Assembly: GCF_963676685.1 (NCBI RefSeq)
Contig: NC_092350.1
Location: 62,062,001-62,126,000, forward strand
DNA length: 64,000 nucleotides
DNA from: Mytilus edulis
Lineage: Eukaryota
Direction: 5' to 3'
The translations under genes and the position numbers were made by a program. Positions 13,701 through 26,940 of this stretch are shown here, one piece after another (position 1 is the first letter of the stretch; every line of letters starts with the position of its first letter). Below the pieces are notes generated by a model. It saw only the letters and a list, made by a program, of their open reading frames with translations. It was not told the origin of the DNA and did no database searches.

Positions 13701-16700
13701 AAATATCCTACTGTATGGCAGCTGTTTTTTTATTCATTTGACGTGCTTGAATTTTTGTTTTTGCCATTTTACTAAGGACTTTCCAATATGAATTTTCCTC
13801 GGAATTTTGTATTTTTATAATTCTACATTTTATATAATATATTTAATTGTTTATGCATAAACATCTTATTGATTTGGATCACGTTCCTAACGATTCTTTC
13901 AAAAATTACTAAAGCTAGTCTACAAAAAAACAACACCAAAACGATCACGTCAGTCAATGAAGGTTGTTTCAATATCAAATATACAAGGTAAAACCATAAA
14001 GGAAATGTAAATTTCGTTTTACAAATTACAATTCAAGATGAATTTACCAGGTCAGGAATGTGACAGTTGTTATTCATATGTTTTATATGTTTCAGCTTTT
14101 GACTTTTCCATTTGATTACATACTTTCCATTTCGATTTTTCTCGGAGCTCAGAATTTTTGTTATTTTACTTTTTTAGTACGTCTGAAATATTTTTCTGGA
14201 AATATCCTTATTGGAAACGCTCAAAACCCTCAAATCTTAAAGACCAGAACATATGAAATGTCTTCAAAGTTGTTAGTAAGTGGAAAAACATTTAACTGCA
14301 AACAGGAAGTACTGATTTGATATACTGTAAAATTGAGAATGGAAATGGGGAATTTGCCAAAGAGACAACAACCCGACCATAGAAAAAAACAACAGCAGAA
14401 GGTCACCAACAGGTCTTCAATGTAGCGAGAAATTCCCGCACCCGGAGGCGTCCTTCAACTGGCCCCTAAACAAACATATACTAGTTCAGTGATAATGAAC
14501 GCCATACTAATATCCAAATTGTACACAAGAAACTAAAATTAAAATAATACAAGACTAACAAAGGCCAGAGGCTCCTGACTTGGGACAGGCGCAAAAATGC
14601 GGCGGGGTTAAACATGTTTGTGAGATCTCAACCCTCCCCCTATACCTCTAGCCAATGTAGAAAAGTAAACGCATAACAATACGCACATTAAATTTCAGTT
14701 CAAGAGAAGTCCGAGTCTGATATCAGAAGATGTAACCAAAGAAAATAAACAAAATGACAATAATACATAAATAACAACAGACAGGTATACAATTTTTCTT
14801 TCTGGTGACTTCCTCGTGTAGACATGTGTAAAGCGGTTAATAAATAGTACAAGTTAGGCTTAGTTGAATACATATTTTGTATTTGTTGCATACTGTTTTT
14901 CGTTTGATCATCAAATTACAATGAGATAAATCGCTTCAACTATAACAGTTTTCGAAAAAAAATAATCTGATAAACATGATAAAAATACTTTTGATAATAA
15001 AGTTAATCACGCACATTGTCACTTTCTTTTTATTGTTTATGTACAAAAATCTTAGTTCTTTTTTTTAGTATAAGAATCTAGGTCGAAATATTTAACATTA
15101 AATTCATACTGATTAACATCTAACATATGTACAATACAAGTTTTTCCTTATTTCTAGTTCCAACATGTATATACTTGGAATTCTTAAGAGTTTCTTTTAT
15201 TCACAGTTATAAGAATGCATGCGATTGAATGTCTTCTAAAAAAACACTTAAAAATCTTTTTGTCAGACATCTTTTCGAAACTAGAAATAGAAAGGTGAGA
15301 TTTTTTTTCCAAAGATATATCATTGATACCTTTTAGAGAAATGGACTAATTGTGATCGAGATATAAAGCATGGGATGTAAAAGCTACAGAAGAACTTAGT
15401 TTGAAATGGCAATAGGTAGAAAATAACGCATGCATTCTTATAACTGTGATTGAATGTTACTGTTTTGAGTTAATAGTACACACGGCGATAATTATAATAA
15501 TCTAATAAATGATTGGCAAAAATGTATATGCTTGTGATCGTCCTATGTGGCAATCGTAACAACGTATTTTATTTGGTTTTTACACCAGGTATAACTAGCA
15601 ATCAAATTTTCAAACAGTGGTAAATGGAACAGCTGCAGACATTTCATAGATACTATTTACTAGCTTGAATTATTGTGGAGTCCTCGATTATCCCATCTTT
15701 TAAAAAACCCCATTAAAGATGGCAATTACATGTTTCATGTTGTTGTGAGATAATTTATCAAATTTCTATCCAAATAAAGGATATAATAATATATCAGCAT
15801 GTTAAACATTTCAATGACGTGTTCATAACTACTAAATATTGAGATTTGCTGCTTTTCTACTTAACATGATGCATTTTGGACTGAGTGCAACGACCACCAG
15901 TCGGCCTTGATATAATTTTTTCTTGTTGCATATGCCTTCGGACTGTGAAATAGCAGTTAAAAATCAAGCATCATACATCCAGACGTAAATTGAAATAACA
16001 CTTTAAAGATATGTTTAAAAGACACTGTTGAAATGACTGTTGCCCTTTTAAATCTTTTCCTTGAAAAGAGACGTGAAAGAGACGTAAAGAACATTCCTAA
16101 TTTTTTTAATTGATGCTGTGAGTTCTAATTCATGACGTTGATGTTTAATGTAACGTTGCGATTGTAAAGGTTTTGTTCTTCATTTAGGCACCAAACCATT
16201 TAGTTTAAGCATTCATTTGAAAAATAAGGATTTGTTTGTCATTACTTCAAAAATATGTTTTGTAACCTCAACTCCTATTACTGCTTTATAACTGAAATTG
16301 TTTTGGTTTTGTTTTTTTTGCATTTTCTGTGTTAATGTTGTTAAATATTAGGTTAATACACTAAACCATATTTAGCAGAACATCATAGAATAGGGTGATC
16401 GGATATACAGTCATATAAAGAATACAAATATGATAGTTCCTTTGATAATCTTAATAAAAAAGAAAAACATTTGATGTGTTTATGTTCTTTAAAGGGTTCT
16501 ATTAAGAAATGAAGTAAATTGATAAACAAATTGTTTTTTCCTCACCAGTTTAAATTGTGATGTTAAAATTTTGTAAATGGATAAACATAATTAGTTCAAC
16601 GCTATTTGAAAATATTTTATAATCAAATTCGTGTCGATGCATGTTTTATACAGAAATTAATAAATGACCTTTTCCATATCGGCCCGCTTATTATCCCGAC

Positions 16701-18816
16701 ACCCCATATTATCTCCATACGTAGTCGAGGTGCAGATATGGGTCGATGGATGATATCCGGGCCGATATGGAAAAGGCCATGTATTAATTTCTTTGTCATA
16801 TATACTTACGACAAATTTTGCATCCAACATATACACTTTAATTTTTTAACAAAAACATCACTACCTCCATATATTCTTATGGTAACGTAGATCCTGTAGA
16901 TCCTTTAAATCCATGATAAACCAGCATTATTTTAAAAATCTATACCATTGGGTTTAACCATGTTTACATCTGCTTTTCAATAACAGCTGGTACTGTATAG
17001 ACAGATTTACCACTGGATCAAATACACATTAGTTGTCCCAAATTACTGGACATCACAAAATGTTGATGTCATAATAAAAAAAAATCTGACGCCACAAGGA
17101 AAAGTTAACAGACGAAACTGGAAGTACCGGAAGTAACTTGCACGAGAGGCACTGTTATGTTGGTTTTTTTTTTTTTTTGCACGAGAGGCCCCTGATATAG
17201 TTTATAACAAGTATCAGTCTGGGTGTGAAATTATGCCATGTGTACTTCCGTGTGTTACACATATTCAAAAGCTATTATATTGATGCTAAGTATATGATAA
17301 AAAAAAGTGTTATCCTGATTTAGAGTAAATTCTCGAAATTTGATTGGCTGATATTGTTCTTATAAATTTCAGTACAAGTTTTTTGTTCCGTCAATTGGAA
17401 TTATCTCCCTTATTTATTACGTCACCCGATAGGAATTGTATTGACTCGATAAATTCTCGTATTAGGACAATTGCACACTATGTAACTAATATTATAGTAT
17501 GACCAAATACTCAACTATTGACGACAACAAAAACAAGCCATTGAAATGTCTTTATTACTGTGGAAACCTTTATGGGACACATTATATCTGCTTAGCAAAA
17601 TACTCAGAGAAGTTAATTAATTGCAATGAACACTTATTGAAGTGAAAAGAAACGTCCACCATCTAGTAAACCTGTACCTGGTGTTCATGCAGTATATTTA
17701 ACTTTCAATAACTTAAGATAACTTAACGGGTTTATTTACTATTTGTAGAATAAAGACTTGATTTTCTTTCCAGATTAAAGATTTTTAATTATTCACCTAA
17801 TTTAAACAAAACAAGTAATTGGTAAATCAGGGAAACATTGTCTTAAAACTGACGGTAAACAATGTTCCATTGACGTGTTGTCCTAACTAGAAGTTTGGAA
17901 ATTATACACATAAATAATGGCAGCAAATGATCATTTTTCAATGAATGTATGCATGACACTTTTTCAGAATGGAAATGTATGTTCATCACATAAAAATAAA
18001 TAATGTTTATAGCTAATGACACTATAAAATATATAGATACTTAGTAATGAAAATCGCCCCTTTACAAAATTTTAAAAATTATATTGAATGAAGAAATAAA
18101 TCTTCCGCACCTGCACACGCAAAGCTTTGATTCCTTGCAAACACTTTGTTATAATTTTGCTCATATTGATTCCTATTCTCTTTATATTGATCATAATTCT
18201 ATGTTCAGATATGTTTGCCCCCAGTATCTCCGAAAAGAAATGTATTGTCGAAATGTACATTTATTACAGAAAAATTGGTACCGTCAATGTTTCGGCGACA
18301 GTATAAAACACATACTTATGTGTTAAGCAGGAAAACTAATTAACATGGACGAAATGGGAAACATAATGTCGTTTTCATACAACGTTTTTTAATACAATCT
18401 ATATCACTCTTTATTTAGAAATAAAAGATCTACCAATGTTTTGGATTCATTGCAAGTTTACTCAAAGAGATCATTGCTAGCGTATTGTTCAAGTTCGTAA
18501 GGACATTATTAGCAACTCTGTTAAAGTGTTTCTATTTTTTGTGTTCAATTGTGAACTCGTAGTTCAGTATTTTTGTGATTTTATTTTTTGATGACCTAAG
18601 ATGATTCCATAAAATCTTATACGCCGAAACTGTAATTAAATTAAGTTTCAATAAGAAATAAAGAAAACATCACAATATGAAACTAATATGCCTAACTGTC
18701 GGTGTTATGCATTTGTTATTAGATATATTGATAGTTATTAAATATAAATTAGACTAAAATAGTATTACCTTAACTGATTCTATAGAATAAACACACATCA
18801 ACGAGCTCAGCAGCAT
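7450..18816 (-). CDS. Gene copy 1 (spliced): secreted WSC-domain + PAN/apple-like protein, 205 aa
   Basis: Exons 18816-18769, 12760-12742, 12054-11903, 9871-9727, 7703-7450, all GT-AG, join to 618 nt without internal stops: MLLSSLMCVYSIESVK-SQVQVI-DNNAYVGCFIDT...MCLLYCKEKGYMYSGTQ-YGFECYCGDDPY...CDMECYGDSGQMCGGFWRMSVYKT-GYLPYK...SKVECARYCYISDNCKLF...CSLHNNYTVMC...YLMK*. The YxGC..C..C..ECxCG..C..CxG..CGG..SVY pattern is the WSC signature. Confidence 0.85.
9727..9871 (-). CDS. Copy 1 WSC exon 2
   Basis: ttttag|YGFECYCGDDPYQHCPDKYVQDYDCDMECYGDSGQMCGGFWRMSVYKT-G|gtaagg, 145 nt. Confidence 0.9.
10371..10470. repeat. Foldback inverted repeat
   Basis: taatacggtatatatggggtcagtaa / ttactgactccatatttaccgtatta, with outer arms tacatagtgtgct / agcacactgtgta. 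Confidence 0.75.
11420..11690 (-). mobile_element. Non-autonomous repeat carrying a degenerate hammerhead (11454-11495)
   Basis: cgtca-CTAATGA-gtcttatgtagac-GACA-cgtgcg-TC-ttgcg; related copies at 26220-26550 (+), 55990-56040 and 47790-47845. Confidence 0.6.
11903..12054 (-). CDS. Copy 1 WSC exon 1
   Basis: cacag|(D)NNAYVGCFIDTVSQRLFPHQYLLSRYHPDTENNMCLLYCKEKGYMYSGTQ|gtattg, 152 nt. Confidence 0.9.
12189..12556. mobile_element. MITE with TTAA target-site duplication (Kolobok/piggyBac-type)
   Basis: TTAA|ggatgttt...gcgaacatcc|TTAA; sister copies at 25410-25800 and about 43146-43525. Confidence 0.75.
12742..12760 (-). CDS. Copy 1 19-nt micro-exon (SQVQVI)
   Basis: tttttcag|AGTCAAGTACAGGTAATTG|gtgagt; conserved in all three copies and needed for phase. 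Confidence 0.8.
12995..13195. mobile_element. Small MITE with 16-bp TIR and internal TAATCA(C/A)A repeats
   Basis: gaggcccctcatgggg...ccccatgagggccctc flanked by direct ATGTAT. Confidence 0.8.
14327..14782 (+). repeat. Interspersed repeat (aaaattgagaatggaaatgggg...ctggcccctaaac)
   Basis: Diverged copies at about 37073-37310 and 42460-42600. Confidence 0.7.
15202..15448. mobile_element. MITE with perfect 22-bp TIR, CAC- termini and ATT flanks (CACTA/CMC-like)
   Basis: att|cacagttataagaatgcatgcg ... cgcatgcattcttataactgtg|att. Confidence 0.75.
16652..16793. repeat. Foldback palindrome, probable end of a non-autonomous DNA element
   Basis: agaaattaataaatgaccttttccatatcggccc / gggccgatatggaaaaggccatgtattaatttct. 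Confidence 0.8.
18769..18816 (-). CDS. Copy 1 signal-peptide exon, type A (MLLSSLMCVYSIESVK)
   Basis: AAG|gtaata donor; homologous to 56166-56222 including flanks. Confidence 0.7.
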
Positions 18817-19447
18817 CAAGAATGTGATCGTTTCATGAATTGTTACGACATAATCTACGTCAGATTTAAGTAACTCCTTTCAAACAAAATACATAATCGA
18901 ATAAACAACGCTTAAAACACAAGAACATGCAGTTAACTGCAAGAAATATTAAAAAGACCAATGTCTGTATTTCATCAGTACTCAGCAAGATGCATGTTGG
19001 GCAATCAGCATTCTAATTATAAGACTATTAAATTTTCGATTTCGGAATTAACAAATTTTACTTTGAAAACTTAAATAGATCATGTAGATTGCAAATGCAG
19101 ATTATTGTTCGATTATCTGAAACAATATTTAAATAAAACAATGTCAAAATGATTTTTATACCAAAGTATTCCGATAGAAAAAGTGTACAAGACTTAAACA
19201 GAAAATTCAATATTGTCTTAAAACCGGTCAGACCAAGCTTATTTGTTTAAAACACCTTAATTACCAAATTGATCAAACTGGAAGGGCAAAATTATTACAA
19301 ATATTAATGGTTAAATAATTGTTTGTTAAAAGAGGTTTGGAAAATGACTTCTTAAATGAGTTTAATGTTACAAAAACGTTCAAACGATTTTTGTCAAATG
19401 CTACAGTAGTTTTGGTTCATATGTATAGTTGGCAATTATTGTTTTAC

Positions 19448-19675
19448 AATAGAGGGACGAACGATACCAGAGGGAGAGCACAAACTCATAGATAGAGAAT
19501 AAACTAACAACGCCATGGCTAAAAATAAAAAGACAAACAGACAACTAATAGTACAGAACACATAACATAGAAAACTGAAGACTAGGCAACACGAACCACA
19601 CCAAAAACTTGGGGCGGTCTCAGGTGCTCCCGGAGGGTAAGCAGATCCTGCTCCACATGTGGCACCCGTCGTTAC
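19448..19675 (-). repeat. Abundant retroelement-derived 3' tail repeat
   Basis: Same family as 32470-32695, 41320-41472, 46985-47130, 47410-47550, 48100-48145 and 50350-50490. Confidence 0.8.
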
Positions 19676-22600
19676 ACGTTGCGCTTTGTAAAAACGTCTA
19701 TTTTGAAAACCACACCTCTTTTGGGGAGATATATAATATAATATAAAAATTGTTTTTTGTTGATTTACTGGTTCCAAAAGATGATATCTAAGTTTCATCT
19801 CACCATGCGCATAGAAACAAATTTGTGAATTTTATATTATAAATATAATAAAATTAGCGGCAGCATTGCATTCTGAGGGAGACTAATAGCAAAGGTGTGG
19901 GTAGTACATAATTTAAGTACAAGTGTAAAATCGTCGAAGTTCAGGGCATACAAATGTTGAAAAAAAGCCGAACAAACCTATATTTTGACGTTAGAAAAAC
20001 ATAATTATTAGTGAAAATGAGCACTCTATTCTAGGTTTTATTATTTTTCGAAACTTTTTAGCCGTAAACGGAGTTCCGATGGGAAGTTGCATGACAGTTC
20101 GTATTTTCATATCTATACCGAGCATTGGTCTGGTTATTATTGTAATGTTTTTGTCGCACGAACTTTGTTATTTAATTTTACGAAAAAATGAGGCGAAAGA
20201 CAGCCTTTTGTTATTTGATCAATTGGTAGGCCAAGGTCAACAGTTTCACAAAAGGTATCACTCAAAAGCATTGAAAATCTAGTTTGAACCAAATTTTGGT
20301 GGAAAATCTGACAATTTTATTCCCCTTTTTACAATATGTTATGGTAAATAAATGCAGAATGTTGTCATGAATACACAAAAACGGAATTTAGTTTTATCAT
20401 TTTAACTTTTGAAAATCCAATCTTTGGAAAATATTGATCACATGCATATGCACAGGTATAACACAAACAGTAAGGTTAATGGATTATTAAGCCAGGAATA
20501 GAATATGAGTAAACATTTGGTGGTTCAATTTAAATTTTAATATCATACTGTGGGGTGTTACCTTATGGCACATCAAAAAGCACAGAAATGCACTTTTTAA
20601 GATACATTTTACCACAAATCTTTTATTTGTTAGGTTCTAACTTTGTTCTGAAGGGATCACATATGATAGGATGGCAATACATGTTAATTTTATTGTTTAC
20701 TGTCCTTAGCAACCAAATACACAAATTTGACACTCAGACTTGCTTCAGTCTTAAATTTGTCCTCCATCAGCTTCACATTTATAACCAAAGTTTGCGCTTT
20801 CAATGATATCATCAGAATGTATCGCTTTTTTTTTGGCATGCGAATGAGTCAGATAAACATTTAAGCAGAATTTACATATTATTTGACATTAATTCAATTC
20901 AAATAGACCAGTACTGTTAGAAATTTATTCCATATTTGAGGGTTTTTCAACCAAGGTTTTGTATGCTATTTACAGAACAAATCACCTATAAGTGCTTTTA
21001 AATACTTAAAATGATTTTAAACAGAAACGAGGGACACGTTTTAGAAATTTACCCCAAGGTTTTACACATTGATCAAGTATTTCTGTTACTTATTTGTTTT
21101 CGCGTTTAAACATCAACTGATAATCTTTATTACTGAACCGATTTTAAAAACTAAAGTACAATTTTAATCGTTACAGCTTGAAGAGCACACCCATTGTATT
21201 ACACATTGATACTGGGGAAAACAATTTTATATTTAGGTAGCACCTCGCAGTTAGGTGTGTAGTTTCGCATTTTGTCACCTGTTTTCAATATAAGAGCTAG
21301 TGTGCAATAGCATTCATTGCTTGACAGTGGGTTCATAGAAACATCAAGACTATGTGATGTTTGTAATATCGCCTGTTTCCTGTATGCCAATCCTTTTTTT
21401 TCATATCCATACTAAGCATTGGTCCAGCTATTATTGTAATGTGTTTTTCCTTTGTTTTGTCACACGAACTTTGTGATTAACTTTTACGAAAAAAAATCCA
21501 TATTTTATTTGATCAAAAGGTAGATTAATGTTTTCAGAAAAGCTATTACTCAAAAGCATTGAATTTCTAAATTGAACCAAATCTTTAAACCCCTTTGGCA
21601 TTAGTTTATGGTTAGTCGAGAATATTTCACTCGTTTGAACAATCATATTAACATTGTAAAATATATTCTAAGAAAGAAATTAAAACCAATCAAATGAATG
21701 AAAAGTATCCATGTAGTATGAAATAAGCCCGGTGGATTTACAATATATTGACCGTTATTATGAAATAGTGTGATTTGTAAAGCTATGGTTATAGAAGAAA
21801 ACCTTGCATGCCTGTATTATTTCACAACTTACTTATAAAAATTGAAAAGATGTAATTGGGAAACTTTTTTTACGATTTATGTGACAGGTGTGTGGACATG
21901 TAGTTTTAGTAAATGCCTATGAAAAGTCCAGTGCGATATTGCAGGTTTCTAGTGGTAGTTCAGATTTTTTTCTCATAGCGATGAGAAAAAAGGAGTGTTA
22001 AATAAGTTAATGAATTACCAAATTTACCAAAATGATGAGCGGCACATATTTTATTAAAATGTTTACAATCAGTTTCGGTTTAAACTAATGTTATAAACGG
22101 GTGTGACCGAGGGCCAGTTTTGTCTTGTTGTTTAACAACCCTTATAATATTTAATTTCAAATCATTTAACATATCCCTGACTGTCAGAAATTTTGATTCC
22201 GTGAATTTTACGACTTTGCAATGACTCAGTGTTTGAAGGTTGCGACACTTATGAAATAGCTATGAATAAAAAATGGCTGTTAAAATCTTTTGGGCTTTAA
22301 ATCTTTTGTTTATACACTGTTCCGCGACGTTTTTCGTGTGAGTACAGCTGTTATATAACTATTACAACATTCTAATGGTTGAAGGCCTGTGTAATTCCAC
22401 CGTTGATTTTCACTATTAGTCTTTGTTACAATTGAACTTTTCAAAGAAGTGTGCATATTTTTACTTTGTTTGAAATAATGAAATACTTGGCATGAGTAAA
22501 GTGTTATCATGTCCAGTACTATAGAACTAACTTCACAAAACAATTCATTGCATATAAGAAAATGACTATCACTGGAAGTTAACCCCAAAATTTCCCCCAT

Positions 22601-25409
22601 GTAGCCTCAAGTTGCCAAAATATTTTATAGAAACTCCCAATTAAAAAAAATAATGCTTCTTTGAAATACTCAAGATATATATTTATGACAAGAAAATGTT
22701 TTACTGCAATAAAATGTAGCATTAATTACCTACAACTGTCAAATTAAATGGAATATATGCCTACATAGGACTCGTTTTGCATTTAAGTTATATTAGACTC
22801 TTCTGAATAGTAAATTTATCGAACATTTGATTAAATACTGTTTTCACTTTTTGATAATTCGGTATTTCCAATGCCTCCTTATCGAACACAAATTTGCAAT
22901 TTCTAACCAACAATTCGTTTGATATGTTTGTATAAAGAAATGGTTATCTGGACTATTGTACAAAAAGTGTAATCTCAGTTAATTATAAGTATGAATTACT
23001 CCAAGGAGCTGGCAAAAATTAATTCTCTAGAAATATGTAAATATACAATTATAAACATTGTCGCTATCTAATTATGTAATGTGATGAAATCGAAGTTGGT
23101 ATGTTCCAGGAAATGACTTTGTGAATAATGAATTTTACTATTCTGGTTAATATATTTCATACAGTATCTGAGGGGACATAAGGAAAGCATATTTAAAAGC
23201 AATATCACTATTACAGGTCTTGGATATAACGAATAAAGAAAAATGTATCGATTTGTAATAAGTACATAACGACGTGCAAATTAACAAAAAGGATCTTTAA
23301 TTCTTACGTTTTAAATAAGTAATATTTCATTAGTAGTTCGCGATACTTTCACAAACATTAAAAATCAGCAAGGAAATTGTGTTTGGTCTAATAAAATAGA
23401 ATGAGGGTTTTTTTTTAAATTTCTGCCAATATACAAGTACTTTTGAAATGTAATAATCTTATGATTTTGTTATAAGTTAATTATTCGATAATTTATATTG
23501 ATAACGTTTGATCTTTTCAGTAATTAGCTACATCAAATGCTACCATGCAAACATGCCAACATAAAATATCTATTCTAATCGATTGATATTATAGTTATAT
23601 ATGAACGGAAAGGTAATATATCTCCATCAGTTTAAAATAAGTATAAATATTTCCCAGATTCGCTGAAACATTTTAACATACTGCGATAGTAGAAGGATTT
23701 AATACAATTTATATTATGTTTATGTCACTTTAATGTGCGTCGTCGATTATTTATCTCAGTTTCCTTTAATAGTATACAATAAAGAAAATAATATTTGGAA
23801 ACTTTTCATATTCAGTTGAATAATCGTAACATCCACACTTTCTTTTGTTACATGAATTTAGCTGTTGACAAAGGCGTCCACAAAATTATAGCAAATCTAT
23901 TTTATGTTCAAGATAAGAGTGCAAACACATATTGAACTGACATTACAAATCAGTAGTTAATGTATCTAAAGATGTTTTGAAAAACGAAATAAAAGCCTAC
24001 CAACACTTGCCACATTTGTCTTGTAAAATTAAATAATATGTCGGGGTCAGTAAATTAAACAAAATTACTCAGAATAAAATGCTTTTTATGAATTACAGCA
24101 ATATTTGAAAATTCTGACTACAATTTTCTGTTAGCTTTAATGTTGAGTGCCAACATTCCATTTTTTATTCAAAATAGCGAACAGTCATTAACAACCAGTA
24201 GTTGTGAAAAATCATGATGGTTCATTTACCCAGCAGAAATATTTGCCTGTATCAGTAAGAACTACCAATATGTGCAAGTTTTAGCACAACTATATTCCGG
24301 AACCATTAATCAGTGAATATGATAAAATATGATGGATTACATAATAGAAATTTAAAAGTGATATTGGGGCATGAAGAAGGCTTTAATTGAGAGTTTTCCT
24401 TTGTATTCACAATACCGAACAAAAACTTACAATTATATGTGTTTACATCTCAGACTATTAAGTGTTGCAAAAAAGGTAAAACGCATCAATCCATTTTGGT
24501 AATATTTCTATCTTATATTGCACATTATAGACGGGTATCATCAATGTGAAATTTAATAATATGATAGAATGGTATGATATAATTGACAGCACAATGACTA
24601 CGACATTTTTTGGATTAAACTTTTTAAAAAAATGAACCTACTTTAAAACAAAATGTTCGCCAGCATCATTTTACACTAGCAATGTTGTGCTATAATGACA
24701 ATTATATACCGGGGTCGTTAAGTGATAGATTTCAACATTTCATTTTTTGTATTCAAAACACTGTGCTAAATCTTAAATCAGTAGTTCCGGTATCTCTCAT
24801 TGCCAGTGTTGATTGATGCAAGCAAATATGCTATTATATTATCCTGATGTGTCAAAACTATTGATTTAAGTGCCAGCTCAGTGTTTTGAATAAAAGAAAT
24901 GTAATGTGGGATCTATAATTTATAGTAGAATTCAAAAAGTTGTGTACTGTTGTTGTATCTGTTGTTGCTTGAATGCATTTTGATTGTAGTGATATATACA
25001 TGCATCATCAATGAAATATGTGTGTATATATTTTAATATTTGGGAAATAAACAAAAAGTTTATCATTTTTGATAAAATAATACATTCAATAATATATACT
25101 CTTATCACAAATACTTATTCACCTGTTATGATCTTGTATATTATGTTCTATCACGTTTGTTCTCAACTTCTCAGAATAAATGTCTGTTTGTATACATTTT
25201 ATCACATTTCCTCTTTAAAATGTAGTGAAACTAAAAACAATGGAGCAACACTTTTTTTCTTGGCAGAATATAATGACTAAAACATATGTTTTAAAACCCC
25301 AAAATTTCTCAAAAGGTATACCGTATATTAACTACGTTGTAAAATAGTTAAGAATGTATTGATTCTCGTCTGAAGGTAACTTCTGGTATACAATTGTAAT
25401 TGACCTTAA

Positions 25410-25800
25410 GGATGTTTGCCCCTCTACTTTTTGAATTTTTGCCAGATTTTTGGAATCCTCTGGTTTTATCCATGTATTAACATTAAAAAAAAAATGCCCA
25501 CTAACCCCTACTTTTCTTTTCAATTTTTTATAACATATTATTTGAAAAGCCATATTTCAAAATTTTATGAAATCCTAGTTATTTTTTCATAATTTTTTCA
25601 ACAAAAAAGGTGTCGATGTTAAGTGAAAGAAAAATCTAGAGAGAATTATTTCCCGCCAAATTTTCAATGGCTTATATCTCGAAAACAAGCACACAGACCC
25701 TCCATTTTTTTCTGCTTTTTTAGTTTCTTTATTTATATACTTTCAATTTATAACAGTCTTTTAAAAAGCTTGTTATTTTTAATCAGAGTAGCGAACATCC
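25410..25800. mobile_element. MITE with TTAA target-site duplication
   Basis: TTAA|ggatgtttgc...gcgaacatcc|TTAA. Confidence 0.8.
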
Positions 25801-26940
25801 TTAATGAAAAGTATCAAGTTTATTAATGCTGTCTTTAATCAAGTGGCTTTTGATATTATAACAGAGACAAAATGTCTGACTGAAAACGGATAATTTTAAC
25901 AGAGAAAACTGACAAATACAAGGGAAATATCAAATGAATTAAAAAAAATGAAATAATATGGTATTGCCCTTTTGGGAATCATCGCAGCTTATTTTGAAAA
26001 TACCTTCTCCGTCGAATTCTCTGAATTTTAGGATGTTGTAAAGCGTAGTGTGCACAAACTATTGATGCTTAAGCAGCAGCGGTTGACAATGAAATTCGAC
26101 GTGAACAGTCCTATCACATGTAGTATAACTAAATAAATGTAAGATGCAAGTTGATAGAACTCAAGGGACATCAATGTGTCATTAAAAAGATTGGCCAGTG
26201 ATAAAAATGGATCGATGCAACAGCTGGTGAAGTTTTAATTCCCCGAGGGTATCACTAGCCCAGTAGTCAGCACTTCTGTTCTGACATTAATTATCATTGA
26301 TATGGTCATACATATATATAAATTAACTGTGTACAAACTTGTGAATTATTAGTATACTAAGGCTTTCTATTTCAGAAATAGATAACCTAAGGCAAAACTT
26401 TTAGGAATTTTGGTCCTCGATGTTCTTCAACTTCGTACTTTATTTGGCCTTTTTTTTTTTTTAACTTTTTTTAAATTCGAGCGTTATTTTTGTAGACAAA
26501 ACGCGTGTTTGGCGTAAATACAAAATTTAATCCTGCTATCTTCGATAAGTTTATATACTATTTCGTGCAAATCTTTGCAGACACTAATACTTTTAAAGAT
26601 TTATGTCAGGTAGAGCAAACTGTCAGAAAAACCTAAATATATGCATCATGTACAACATAATAAGTGAAAAAAATTAAATGTATAGTTAGTGGGATCAACG
26701 CATCAAATTGGTGGTAGTCTTATTATTGATTTCGATTACCAGAATGACATTTTTAACTTAACACACTTTAATCAATATAATATAACTTAAAAAAATAAAC
26801 TCTCAGTATTATATGTCTATCTATTGCAGTTAACTACAAAAATATAGAATGATTTGTTCAAATTTTTATCATAATGGTGTAACGTTCTGGTGCGTCAGTG
26901 GTTTGCTCCATTTCAGATGTCTAACAAATTATCATATTTA

